Assembly: GCA_036273335.1 (NCBI GenBank)
Contig: DASUHT010000060.1
Location: 1-59,701, forward strand
Origin: Gaiellales bacterium
GTDB taxonomy: Bacteria > Actinomycetota > Thermoleophilia > Gaiellales > JAICJC01
Length of the DNA stretch: 59,701 bases
Direction: 5' to 3'
Below the pieces are notes generated by a model. The model made no database searches, had not been told where the DNA came from, and was given only the letters and a program-made list of their open reading frames with translations. The translations under genes were made by a program, and so were the position numbers. Positions 35,989 through 45,300 of the stretch are shown here, in pieces. How positions within the stretch are numbered: position 1 is the stretch's first letter; each line of letters opens with the position of its first letter.

Positions 35989-38342
35989 AGGTGCCGGTGA
36001 CATGGCTGCGCGAGTACGTCTCCTTCGACCTGCCGGTCGGCGAGTTGGGCGAGCTCCTGTCGATGACCGGGACGAAGCTGGAGGCGCTGCACCGCCGCGG
36101 CGTCCCCGCCGACTCGCTCGATCGTTATCGGATCGGCCGCGTGGTCAGCTGCGACAAGCATCCCGACGCCGACCGCCTGAGCGTCTGCCGGGTGGACGTC
36201 GGGGAGGGCGAGCCGCGCCAGATCGTCTGCGGGGCGAGCAACTTCCAGGCCGGAGACGTCGTCGCAGTGGCGCTGCCCGGGGCGGTGCTGCCCGACGGCA
36301 ACCAGCTTCGCAAAGCACGTCTGCGCGGCGTCGAGTCGGACGGCATGATGCTCTCCGAGCGGGAGCTGGAGCTCTCGGGGGAGCACGAGGGGATCCTCGT
36401 GCTGCCCGGCGACTGGCCGGTCGGCGAGCCGCTGGCGAGTCGGCTTGCGATCGGCGACGAGGTGATGGAGCTCGAGATCACCCCCAACCGGCCCGACTGC
36501 CTGAACGTCTACGGGGTCGCCCGCGAGGTCTCGGCGGTGCTCGACGTCGAGCTGGCCGCCTGGCCCGGCCGCGACCCGCAGCCGGCCGCGGACGGCTCCG
36601 TCGACCGGCTGGTGAGCGCCCGCGTGGAGGCACCCGATCTCTGCCCCCGCTGGGCCGGACGTGTCTTCACCGGCGTCCGCGTCGGACCCTCGCCGCCGTG
36701 GCTGAAGGCGCGCATCGCGGCGGCCGGGATGCGCCCGATCTCGAACGTCGTCGACGTCACCAACTACGTCATGCTGGCGGTCGGCGAGCCGACGCACGCC
36801 TTCGACCTCGACCGGGTTGCCGGCCGCGAGATCATCGTCCGCAGGGCCACCGACGGTGAGCGCGTCGTGACGCTGGACGGCCAGGAGCGCACGCTCGACA
36901 CCGAGACGCTCGTCATCGCCGACGCCGAGAAGCCGTCGGCGATCGCCGGACTGATGGGCTCGGAGTGGAGCGAGGTGTCGGAGTCGACGACCACCGTCCT
37001 GCTCGAATGCGCTAACTTCGAAGGCCCGTCGACCCAGCGCTCGTCGGTCCGGCTGGGCCTGCGCACCGAGGGTTCGACCCGCTGGGAGAAGGGCCTCGAC
37101 CCGCACCTCGTGCCACGGGCGCTCGCGCTGGCGTCGCAGCTGATGGTCGAGCTGACCGGTGCCAGCATGGTGCCCGGGACGATCGACCTGCACGGCGATC
37201 TCCCGCAGCCGGTGGTGCTGCCGCTGCGCCGGGAGCGGCTGGAGCAGGTGATCGGGATCCCCTTCAGCGACGAGCAGATCGCCCGCGTGCTGGGACGGCT
37301 CGGCTACGCCGTGGAGACCGGCGGCTGGCGGGTTCCCAGCTGGCGAGCGCTGGATACGACCCGCGAGATCGACCTGGTCGAAGAGGTATCACGGATCGAC
37401 GGCATCTGGAAGGTGCCGGCGGTGATGCCGCCGCACGCCGATGCCGTCGGCACCTGGGGCCGCGACGAGCGCTTCCGGCGGCAGCTCTCCGAGGTGATGC
37501 GGGGCGCCGGGCTGGCCGAGTCGGCAACGGTCGGCTTCTGGGATCCGGGTATGCCCGAACGGCTCGGCCTCGACCCCTCGCAGGCGGCCGGGCAGCCGGT
37601 GGCGGTGCGAAACCCGATGGGTGCCGACCAGGCATTCCTGCGCGCGCTCGTCTTCCCCAACCTGCTCCCCTCGGTGACCCGGAATCTGAGTGTCGGCGCG
37701 GCCGAGGTGGCGCTCTTCGAGCTCGCCCAGGTGTCGCTGCCGCCGGCCGATCCGCTGCCTCGCCAGCCACAGCGGCTGGCCGGCGTGCTGGCCGGCCCGG
37801 GGATCGGGTTCGCCGATTGCCGCGGCGTCCTCGAGACGCTCTACCGGGAGCTCCGGATCGAGTTCGAGGTGAAGCGCGCAGACGAGCCCTTCCTGCATCC
37901 GGGCCGGGCGGCGGCGACGGCCGCCGGCGTCTTCGGCGAGCTGCACCCGCTGGTGCTCGAGCGCTTCGGCCTGGAGGTGCCTGTCGCCGTCTTCGAGCTG
38001 GACGTGGCGGTGCTTCGCGATGCGGCGGGCGGCGTCGCGCTGCACCGCGATGTGACGAGCTTCCCGCCGCTTCGCCAGGACATCGCCGTCGTCGTTGACG
38101 CGCCCGTTGCTGCCGGCGACGTCGTCGCGGCGGCCAGCCGCGCCGGCGGGCCGGACCTGGCCGAGGTCGAGGTGTTCGACGTCTACGACGGGCCGCCGAT
38201 CCCGGCCGGCCGCAAGAGCCTGGCCATGCATCTCGTCTTCCAGGCCAGCGACCGGACGCTCACCGACGCCGAGGCGGACATCGCCCGGGCGGCCATCGTG
38301 GACGCCCTTCGGGACGAGTTCGCGGCCGAGCTGCGCGGGTAA
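35985..38342 (+). CDS. pheT: Phenylalanine--tRNA ligase beta subunit
   Basis: 'VKVPVTWLREYV' is the typical N-terminus. tRNA-binding, B3/4, B5 and FDX-ACB regions are present. GTGA overlap with pheS. Confidence 0.95.
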   Translation: MKVPVTWLREYVSFDLPVGELGELLSMTGTKLEALHRRGVPADSLDRYRIGRVVSCDKHPDADRLSVCRVDVGEGEPRQIVCGASNFQAGDVVAVALPGAVLPDGNQLRKARLRGVESDGMMLSERELELSGEHEGILVLPGDWPVGEPLASRLAIGDEVMELEITPNRPDCLNVYGVAREVSAVLDVELAAWPGRDPQPAADGSVDRLVSARVEAPDLCPRWAGRVFTGVRVGPSPPWLKARIAAAGMRPISNVVDVTNYVMLAVGEPTHAFDLDRVAGREIIVRRATDGERVVTLDGQERTLDTETLVIADAEKPSAIAGLMGSEWSEVSESTTTVLLECANFEGPSTQRSSVRLGLRTEGSTRWEKGLDPHLVPRALALASQLMVELTGASMVPGTIDLHGDLPQPVVLPLRRERLEQVIGIPFSDEQIARVLGRLGYAVETGGWRVPSWRALDTTREIDLVEEVSRIDGIWKVPAVMPPHADAVGTWGRDERFRRQLSEVMRGAGLAESATVGFWDPGMPERLGLDPSQAAGQPVAVRNPMGADQAFLRALVFPNLLPSVTRNLSVGAAEVALFELAQVSLPPADPLPRQPQRLAGVLAGPGIGFADCRGVLETLYRELRIEFEVKRADEPFLHPGRAAATAAGVFGELHPLVLERFGLEVPVAVFELDVAVLRDAAGGVALHRDVTSFPPLRQDIAVVVDAPVAAGDVVAAASRAGGPDLAEVEVFDVYDGPPIPAGRKSLAMHLVFQASDRTLTDAEADIARAAIVDALRDEFAAELRG

Positions 38343-38390
38343 CGCTGCCATGCACGGCGGGCGATGATCACCTGCCGCGCCCGCTGATCC

Positions 38391-38726
38391 TCAGGCAACG
38401 CCCTGGGTATGCGCCGGCCTGACGTCCGAGATCTGGCGTTCCAGCGCCAGCGTCCCGACGATCCCCAGCCCGTCCACCGTCGACAGGCGCTTGCGGCAGA
38501 TCTGGGCGGCGGCGCCGTAGCCGTAGCGCCTGGCCGCCCGGAAGTGGAAGACGCCGCTTCGCCAGTCGCCGTCGTGCCAGGGGTTGAGCGGTGAGATGGC
38601 GAGTGCGGTCTCCTCTGACTGGGCGGGGTCGCGCAGGCGGAGGGAGAAGTAGAGCGACGACCAGTCTCGGGGCTGCCGCTGCACGATCTCGTCCCATTGC
38701 TCGGCCAGGCTTGCCACGGCCGCCAT
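38391..38726 (-). CDS. Hypothetical protein (111 aa)
   Basis: ATG start 'MAAVASLAEQWDEIV...' with coding-like codon bias. The upstream part of the 333-aa track ORF is antisense to the aminopeptidase gene. Confidence 0.5.
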   Translation of the reverse strand: MAAVASLAEQWDEIVQRQPRDWSSLYFSLRLRDPAQSEETALAISPLNPWHDGDWRSGVFHFRAARRYGYGAAAQICRKRLSTVDGLGIVGTLALERQISDVRPAHTQGVA

Positions 38727-38771
38727 GCTACCGCGGCGGTCCGCTCGGGCGGGCCTGTAGCATCGGCGGCG

Positions 38772-39971
38772 ATGAACGAGGGCACGCTCGAGCGGATGGC
38801 AGCGCTGCTCGTCGACTACGGCGCGAACATCCAGCCCGGGCAGATCGTCGTGATCGGGTCCGACCTGGGCAAGGAGCCGCTCACCCGGGCGGTTGCGCGG
38901 CGCTGCTACATGGCCGGCGCGCATTTCGTCCAGGTCGGCTACTTCGATCGCCACGTCACCCGGGCGCGCATCCTGTACGGCTCCGACGACGCGCTCGGCC
39001 ACGAGCCACCGTGGACGCTCAGCTTCCCGCGGGAACTCGGCGAACGGCGCGGGGCGACGATCAGCATCGGAGGCCCGGTGGACACCAACGTGCTGAACGG
39101 TCTCGACCCCGACCGGATCCGCCGTGACCGGCCGCCGGGTGGGAAGGAGTGGCTGCGCGTCTCCACCGAAGGGCTGACAAACTGGACGGTCGGGGCGTGC
39201 CCGACGCCGGAATGGGCGGCGCTCGTGCACCCCGACCTGGAGCCGGATGAGGCGCTGCGCCGGCTGTGGGAGCAGGTCGAGTACGCCTGCCGGCTGGACG
39301 CCGACGACCCGATCGCCGCCTGGGCGGCGCGCGGCCGCGAGCTGCAGGAGACCTGCCGGCGGCTCGGCGAAGCTCGCCTCGACGCGCTCCACTTCGCCGG
39401 CCCGGGCACCGACCTCACGGTCGGCCTCTTGCCCTCCTCGCGGTGGCTCGGTGCCGAGGAGGAGACGACGTACGGCCTGCCCTTCCGGCCCAACCTACCC
39501 ACCGAAGAGGTGTTCACGACGCCCGACCCGCTGCGCGTCGACGGCGTGGCGGCCTCCACGCGCCCACTGGAGCTTGGAGGGACGATCGTGCGCGACCTGG
39601 TCGTCCGCTTCGAGGCGGGCCGGGCGGTCTCCATCGACGCCAGCGAGGGGGCGGAGATGCTGCGCGCCCAGACTGCCCGCGACGACGGCGGCACCCGGCT
39701 GGGCGAGGTGGCGCTGGTCGACGGGAGCGGCCGCATCGGGGCGCTCGACACCGTGTTCTACGACACCCTCTACGACGAGAACGCCGCCTCCCACATCGCC
39801 CTCGGCGGCGCCTACCCGCTGGCGGTGGGCGATCCCGCCGAGCGCGAGCGCATGAACCAGAGCGAGACGCACATCGACTTCATGATCGGCTCAGCGCAGA
39901 TGGTCGTGACCGGAATCCGCCCCGACGGCACCCGGCTGCCCGTGCTGGTCGACGGCGAGTGGGCGCTGTAG
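38772..39971 (+). CDS. M29 family aminopeptidase (AmpS/PepS/aminopeptidase T-like), paralog 1
   Basis: 'LVDYGANIQPGQ...NLPTEEVFTTPD...FYDTLYDENAASHIALG' are M29 hallmarks. Confidence 0.85.
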   Translation: MNEGTLERMAALLVDYGANIQPGQIVVIGSDLGKEPLTRAVARRCYMAGAHFVQVGYFDRHVTRARILYGSDDALGHEPPWTLSFPRELGERRGATISIGGPVDTNVLNGLDPDRIRRDRPPGGKEWLRVSTEGLTNWTVGACPTPEWAALVHPDLEPDEALRRLWEQVEYACRLDADDPIAAWAARGRELQETCRRLGEARLDALHFAGPGTDLTVGLLPSSRWLGAEEETTYGLPFRPNLPTEEVFTTPDPLRVDGVAASTRPLELGGTIVRDLVVRFEAGRAVSIDASEGAEMLRAQTARDDGGTRLGEVALVDGSGRIGALDTVFYDTLYDENAASHIALGGAYPLAVGDPAERERMNQSETHIDFMIGSAQMVVTGIRPDGTRLPVLVDGEWAL

Positions 39972-40415
39972 GAGCGCGTCCAGGCCGTAGCGGCCGCCGC
40001 CGATCGTCAGCACGACCAGTGTCGGGATGCTCAGCGCCAGATCGCGGAGGATGGTCCCGGCGCCCACCCGCTGCACGTCGACCGTGCCAAAGCAGCCGCA
40101 GTCAATCGCCAGCCCTCGCGCCCAGGCCTGCGCCTGGGCGGCGATGAAGATCACCAGCAGGCCGAGCGAGAGCCAGGCCGCGGGGCGCACCAGAAGTCCC
40201 ACGATCAGGTAGGCGCCGAGCGCGATCTCCAGGAGCGGCAAGCCGTAGGCGACCCAGGGGACAGCGGCGTGCGGGAGCACGTCGTAGCCCTCGAGCTGGA
40301 CGTGGAAGGCGTTGAAATCGAGCGCCTTGGCGATCCCGGCGGCCAGCCAGATAGCACCCGCGGCCAACCGGGCGGCAAGGCCCAACGGATCGCGCCAGCG
40401 CGCGAGGTCAGCCAT
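39891..40415 (-). CDS. MauE/DoxX-like redox-associated membrane protein
   Basis: Four TM helices and 'GLAIDCGCFG', the characteristic CGCFG motif. Its 3' end overlaps the convergent aminopeptidase by 81 nt. Confidence 0.75.
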   Translation of the reverse strand: MADLARWRDPLGLAARLAAGAIWLAAGIAKALDFNAFHVQLEGYDVLPHAAVPWVAYGLPLLEIALGAYLIVGLLVRPAAWLSLGLLVIFIAAQAQAWARGLAIDCGCFGTVDVQRVGAGTILRDLALSIPTLVVLTIGGGRYGLDALLQRPLAVDQHGQPGAVGADSGHDHLR

Positions 40416-41178
40416 GTGCTGCGGCAGCCGCAAGCTCCTGCTGGAGCTTGGCATCCGGCTGCTCGCTGTCACCGGCCCACCAGACACGGCCCTGCCGGTC
40501 GATGACATAGAAGGTCGGGAATGCCTCCATCCCGTATGCCTGTGCCGCCTTGCCGGCGCTGCCGGGGCTGCTGAATGAGCCGGGGAGCGTGCCGGAGCGG
40601 TCGACCAGTGCCGGGTAGGGCAGGCCGAAGTAGCGGTGGAAGGCAAAGACGCTGGGGGCGTCCTCGGAGTCGGCGTTCACCGACACGAAGTCGAAGCGGT
40701 GGGCGTCCAGCTTCGCCATCCGGCGTAGGTGCGGCGCCTCGGCCTGGCAATGCGGGCACCAGGTGGCGAAGAACTCCAGCAGGGTCACCTTGCCGCGCTC
40801 GGGGAACGTCACCGGCTGGCCCTGCGGCGTCTTCAGGGTGAAGACGGGCGCGGGAGCTCCCTTGGGCAGCAGGTGGCTGCTGTAGGGCGCGGGGCTGGCG
40901 GACGCCGGCTCGTTCTCGACGCTGCCCACGCCGGGCTCGGAGTGGGGGGCGAAGTGCACCGCATTGGCGGCCTTGATGAGGGCGGGCGGCGCGTTCAGGT
41001 CGGCCGCCGTGGCCTTCGCCGGCGGCGGCGGCGCAGGGATCTGCGACTGGTACACCAGGTAGCTCATCACCGTCAGCAGGACGACGCCGACGATGCCGGT
41101 GACGATCCAGATCAGCGAGCGGTCGATCGGCGGGGTGGGCCGCTGAGCGGCGGCGCGTGCGGTCGATCGGCGGGACAT
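40408..41178 (-). CDS. TlpA/ResA-like thioredoxin-fold thiol-disulfide oxidoreductase, membrane anchored
   Basis: An N-terminal TM segment and 'FFATWCPHCQAEAP' (CxxC). GAGGAG RBS. Confidence 0.85.
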   Translation of the reverse strand: MSRRSTARAAAQRPTPPIDRSLIWIVTGIVGVVLLTVMSYLVYQSQIPAPPPPAKATAADLNAPPALIKAANAVHFAPHSEPGVGSVENEPASASPAPYSSHLLPKGAPAPVFTLKTPQGQPVTFPERGKVTLLEFFATWCPHCQAEAPHLRRMAKLDAHRFDFVSVNADSEDAPSVFAFHRYFGLPYPALVDRSGTLPGSFSSPGSAGKAAQAYGMEAFPTFYVIDRQGRVWWAGDSEQPDAKLQQELAAAAAHG

Positions 41179-41190
41179 GCTCCTCTCAGA

Positions 41191-43620
41191 TTACGTCGGC
41201 GGACGGATTTTCGGTTCGGCGTTGAAATCTCCCTCAAACTCGGTCATGAAGTGCGCGGCCGTGATCATCCGCAAATGCTGCACCAGGTGTGTCCGGGGGT
41301 CGACCCAGAGACGGAAGAAGGTGGGGCCGCTGGGATTCACCAGCGTCAACTGCTCCAGCAACGGGCCGCGGGCGGCGACGTGGACGGCGGTGGCATTGGG
41401 CGCCCAGAAGGCGTCGGGGAGCCTGGAGGGGGTGGTCGGCGTCCTGGTCCAGGTGCCGTCGGCGTTCTCGTCCCAGCGCGTCGAGCCGATCAGGATCGAG
41501 TGCTCGCCGCCGTGGACGTCGATCGATAGTCGGTCGGGCGCCTCGGAGATGAACGTCGTGGTGACCGAGTGCCTGGGATCGGAGGCCAGAATCTGCAGCG
41601 AGCGGACGCTGGAGAGGCCGCGGTAGGCGTGGGCCGCGCGGGCAAGCGCCGCCGGGTTGAGCGGCGCCGTCGCCGGCGGTAGTGCGACGCTCGCCCTGAC
41701 CGGGGCGATGCCGGGCCGGCGCACGCGAACGGTCAGGGTCTTGCCGGCCGCCGGCACGGGGGCGGTGTAGCAGGCGGCCACCCTGGTGCAAGGCAGCGCC
41801 GCCGAGCCGTCGACCGTGACCAGGGCGTCGGGCACGCCGGAGCCGGTCTGCCCGATCAGGGTCACCTGGGCGTCGTGCGATCCCAGCCGCTGCAGGCCGA
41901 CCGCCAGGTCCGACGCCTCTTCGGCCGCGACCGCCCCAAGGCCGTTCGGCGGTGGCGGCGGCGGCAGGACGCGGGTGCGTGCGCCGACGGTCACGGTGGC
42001 GCCGGCGACCCGGCTCCCGGCCAAGATCTGGGCCGTGATCGCGCCGGCCCGGACGTTCTGGGCGAGCCCGGTGTACATGTCGCCGGTTCGCTGCAGGACG
42101 ACCGTGCTTCCCGCGCCGCGGGCCGGCTGCAGGACGAGCGTGACCCGTCGGCTGCGGCCGGGCGCCTTGACCGCCACCCAGTTCGGGCCGGCCGTGCCCG
42201 GCCATAGGTCGAGCGTGACGCCGCCGGCGAGCGCCAGGTGGTTGGGCTTGCCCGGGGCGGGCGCCGCCGAGGCAAAGGACGGCAGCGAGGGCAGGTTCGC
42301 CGGCGGCAGGTTCGTCAGCAGTGTCACAGCAGCCATCAGCCCGGCCATCAGCACGAGCTCGATGGACGCGCCGCGGCGGATCGCCGGGAAGCGGTCGAGG
42401 ACGCCGCGATTGCGGTAGCCGAGCCCGATCAGGCCGGCGAAGAGGAGCGTCTTTAGGACCAGCGTCTGGCCGTAGCTGGTCGTCCAGATCTGGGAGATCG
42501 CGCTCACCTCCCAGAGCGCGCGCGCAAGGCCGGTCACGGCGACGACCACCACGCAGCCCAGGGCGATCGCCGAGAAGCGCCGGACGATGGCGCTGCGGGC
42601 GGCGCTCTGGGCCTGTCCGGTCAGGCCGCGGGTGGCGTGCGGCGTCACCCACACGAGCTGCGCCACACCGCCGATCCAGATCGCGGCGGCGGCGACGTGC
42701 AGGGCGTCCACGCTCACCGTCAGCGCGCCGTTGCCGGGGTCTCCGGCGTGGCCCGAGAGGCCGGGCACGATGATCGCCCAGACGGCGAGAACAGCGGCCG
42801 GTATGCCGATCACGATCGCGGCGGTGCGGCTGCGGCGGACGATCCCGGAGGCGGCTGCGATCAGCACCACGAACACTGCGGCGACGTCGATCCCGCGCCC
42901 GAAGACACGGCCGAAGCGCGTTGCCTGAAGCGCCGAACCGACCGGCCCGCGATGGTCGAAGGCCTCCCAGAACGACACCCCCGCGACCTCCGACCCCTGC
43001 CGTGTCAGTGCGATCCAGCCGCCGCCGAGCAGGAGCACCGCCGCCAGCGTGAAGAGCTGCGTGGCACGGTGGCTTTCGCGAAGCTCCGCCATCTCCCGCC
43101 GGTCGTCCGGCATCGTCCGCAGCACCGGCGCGAACACCGCCAGGCGGTAAACGGCGCCGCCGATCAGGAGCATCAGGCCCGTGAAGTAGGCGAAGCGGGC
43201 GATCAGGTAGGGGTAGTCGACGGGGCTCGACTCGGTGGTCGCGGCCTGCGGCGGCGGCCGGCCGGTTCCGACGCCGAAGGCGAGCACGCCGGAGATGATG
43301 TGCCCGTCGGTGGAGACGATCCGCCAGCGCACCGTGTAGTCGCCGTCCGGCAGGCCGGGCTTGAGCGGGATGACCAGTTGGCGGACGTCGCTCGCCGCGT
43401 TGTGCGGGGCGCCGCCGAGGACGGACTGGTCGGCGGCGTTGACGACGTCGGTACCGCCGACGACCGGCTGCACCTCCTGGTCGAAGCGAAGGACGACGGC
43501 CGGCGGCGGCTTGGCCACCACCAAGCCCGATGCGGGGCTGCTGCCGAGCAGCGTGGCGTGCGCCTGGGCGGCGGCCGGCAGCGCCAGGCCGGCGACCAGG
43601 AGCGCCAGCACCGAGACCAT
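41191..43620 (-). CDS. CopC-CopD fusion copper-resistance/uptake protein with a long C-terminal extracytoplasmic extension
   Basis: Signal peptide, then 'HATLLGSSP...DGDYTVRWRIVSTDGH' (CopC). A multi-TM CopD core follows, then about 370 further residues that are Ala/Val/Pro-rich and beta-like. Confidence 0.85.
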   Translation of the reverse strand: MVSVLALLVAGLALPAAAQAHATLLGSSPASGLVVAKPPPAVVLRFDQEVQPVVGGTDVVNAADQSVLGGAPHNAASDVRQLVIPLKPGLPDGDYTVRWRIVSTDGHIISGVLAFGVGTGRPPPQAATTESSPVDYPYLIARFAYFTGLMLLIGGAVYRLAVFAPVLRTMPDDRREMAELRESHRATQLFTLAAVLLLGGGWIALTRQGSEVAGVSFWEAFDHRGPVGSALQATRFGRVFGRGIDVAAVFVVLIAAASGIVRRSRTAAIVIGIPAAVLAVWAIIVPGLSGHAGDPGNGALTVSVDALHVAAAAIWIGGVAQLVWVTPHATRGLTGQAQSAARSAIVRRFSAIALGCVVVVAVTGLARALWEVSAISQIWTTSYGQTLVLKTLLFAGLIGLGYRNRGVLDRFPAIRRGASIELVLMAGLMAAVTLLTNLPPANLPSLPSFASAAPAPGKPNHLALAGGVTLDLWPGTAGPNWVAVKAPGRSRRVTLVLQPARGAGSTVVLQRTGDMYTGLAQNVRAGAITAQILAGSRVAGATVTVGARTRVLPPPPPPNGLGAVAAEEASDLAVGLQRLGSHDAQVTLIGQTGSGVPDALVTVDGSAALPCTRVAACYTAPVPAAGKTLTVRVRRPGIAPVRASVALPPATAPLNPAALARAAHAYRGLSSVRSLQILASDPRHSVTTTFISEAPDRLSIDVHGGEHSILIGSTRWDENADGTWTRTPTTPSRLPDAFWAPNATAVHVAARGPLLEQLTLVNPSGPTFFRLWVDPRTHLVQHLRMITAAHFMTEFEGDFNAEPKIRPPT

Positions 43621-43634
43621 GAGGACGGGGCGTC

Positions 43635-44168
43635 TCAGCGCCGCCTCCAGGCGATCACGACGGCGATCGCGGCCAGCACGACTGCGACCCCGGAGAGGGC
43701 CCGGGCGAGGGTGTCAGAGCTGCTGCTGTCGCCGCTGCTCCCGGCGGCCGCGCCGACCACGATCTGCGGGGTGTGCCAGACCTCGGTGGTGCCGTTGGCG
43801 AAGGTCTGGACGCCGGTCAGGTGGATCGTTCCGGCGTCTCCTACCGATCCCGTGAAATGGAAGAGCGCGAGCTTGCCCGGCGCGATCCGGCCGCCGCTCC
43901 AGCGCAGGCCGACGATGCGGTGCGACGGGTCGGTGATCTCCGACTCGGTGAACCCCGGGGTGTCGGCGACAGCATCCACCTCCAGGCTCTCCGGAATCGT
44001 CAGCGCGAGCCCGGTCAGCGGCGACTCGCGTTCGTTTGGCGAGAGCACGGTGTAGAGCATGAACGAGTGCGGCGCCGCCGTGTTCGGCGACAACAGAACA
44101 TGGGCGGCGGCGGACGCGGGGAAGGTGAGCGCCGTGATCGCCGCCAGCGCGAGCGCAGCTGCTCGCAT
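43635..44168 (-). CDS. YcnI/DUF1775-family copper-binding protein
   Basis: Signal peptide, then 'AHVLLSPNTA...' (mature N-terminal His). C-terminal TM anchor. Confidence 0.75.
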   Translation of the reverse strand: MRAAALALAAITALTFPASAAAHVLLSPNTAAPHSFMLYTVLSPNERESPLTGLALTIPESLEVDAVADTPGFTESEITDPSHRIVGLRWSGGRIAPGKLALFHFTGSVGDAGTIHLTGVQTFANGTTEVWHTPQIVVGAAAGSSGDSSSSDTLARALSGVAVVLAAIAVVIAWRRR

Positions 44169-44196
44169 GGACGACCTCCTGATCGGCGTGGACGGA

Positions 44197-44706
44197 TCAG
44201 GGACCGCTGGGCGGCGCGCGGCCCACGGCAGGTGGGACGGCGATCGGGACGGCCGGCGCCCGGGCCGGCAGGGGCTGGGGGAGCAGCGCGGCCGCGAGCA
44301 ACTCCAGGAACGTCCGAAGCGCACGGGCCAGGCTGCGGTCGTAGAGGGTCTCGACCAGGCGGATCACCAGCGCCGCGGCGAGCCCCAGCGCGACGTGCAG
44401 GGCGAGGCTCCCGGAGGGGCTCGGTGACGCGTGGACGCCGGACTCGATGAGCGCCTGGTGGGCGGCCAGCTGGCCGGCGACGAGGATCGCCGCGGTGGCG
44501 GTCGTCGAGCCCGAGACCGGGCTCAGATGGGCGGCGGCGATGCCGGCCAGGCGCACGGCGAGCAGGCAGCAGGCGACGGCGCCTGCCAGCGCCGGCAGCA
44601 TCCAGCGCGGATCCGAGAGCACCGCCGGCCCGCCGTGTCCGACGGCCGTTGCGGAGGCGGCCAGCCCGGCCAGGGCGAGCGTTCGCAGGCGCGAGATCCG
44701 CTCCAT
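44197..44706 (-). CDS. Hypothetical membrane protein (first gene of the copper operon)
   Basis: ATG 'MERISRLRTLALAGL...' followed by several hydrophobic segments. No family recognised. Confidence 0.45.
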   Translation of the reverse strand: MERISRLRTLALAGLAASATAVGHGGPAVLSDPRWMLPALAGAVACCLLAVRLAGIAAAHLSPVSGSTTATAAILVAGQLAAHQALIESGVHASPSPSGSLALHVALGLAAALVIRLVETLYDRSLARALRTFLELLAAALLPQPLPARAPAVPIAVPPAVGRAPPSGP

Positions 44707-44745
44707 CGACGGGAGTATCGCAGGAGGCCGTATAGAGTCGAGGTG

Positions 44746-45300
44746 ATGGAAGTCGTCTGGTACACCGCGATGTCGATGGACGGCCGGATCGCCGACGCCG
44801 ACGACGATCTCTCCTTCCTGGAGTCGATCGGCGAACGCGACACAGCCGGCGGTGACGAGTTCGGGACGTTCCTGGACAGCGTGGACGCGGTCGTGGTCGG
44901 CGCCGGGACCATGCGCTGGCTGCTTCGCGGCGGCCACGGCTGGCCGCACGACGACCTGCCGACCTGGCTGGTCTCCCACGACCGCGGGCTGCTCGAAGAG
45001 ATCGGCAAGACGCGCAGCCCGTTGCGTCTGGCGGACGGCGATCTGGGGCAGATGTTCGCCGACATCGAAGAGGCCGGCCATCGCCGCGTCTGGCTCTCGG
45101 GCGGCGGCGATATCGCCGGTCAGGCGCTGGCCGCCGACCGGATCGACGAGGTGGTGGCGACGGTTGCCCCGACGGTGCTGGGCGCAGGTCCGGCCCTGTT
45201 CGACGGGCAGGCGCTGCCGCGGCGGCGGTTCCGGCTCGCCGAGTGCACGAGCGCCGGTGGCGATGCCGCCCGCCTGCGCTGGGTGCGGGAGATCGCCTGA
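44746..45300 (+). CDS. Dihydrofolate reductase-like (RibD C-terminal domain) family protein
   Basis: 'VVWYTAMSMDGRIA...VVVGAGTMRW...VWLSGGGDIAGQAL...IDEVVATVAPTVLGAG'. Confidence 0.8.
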   Translation: MEVVWYTAMSMDGRIADADDDLSFLESIGERDTAGGDEFGTFLDSVDAVVVGAGTMRWLLRGGHGWPHDDLPTWLVSHDRGLLEEIGKTRSPLRLADGDLGQMFADIEEAGHRRVWLSGGGDIAGQALAADRIDEVVATVAPTVLGAGPALFDGQALPRRRFRLAECTSAGGDAARLRWVREIA

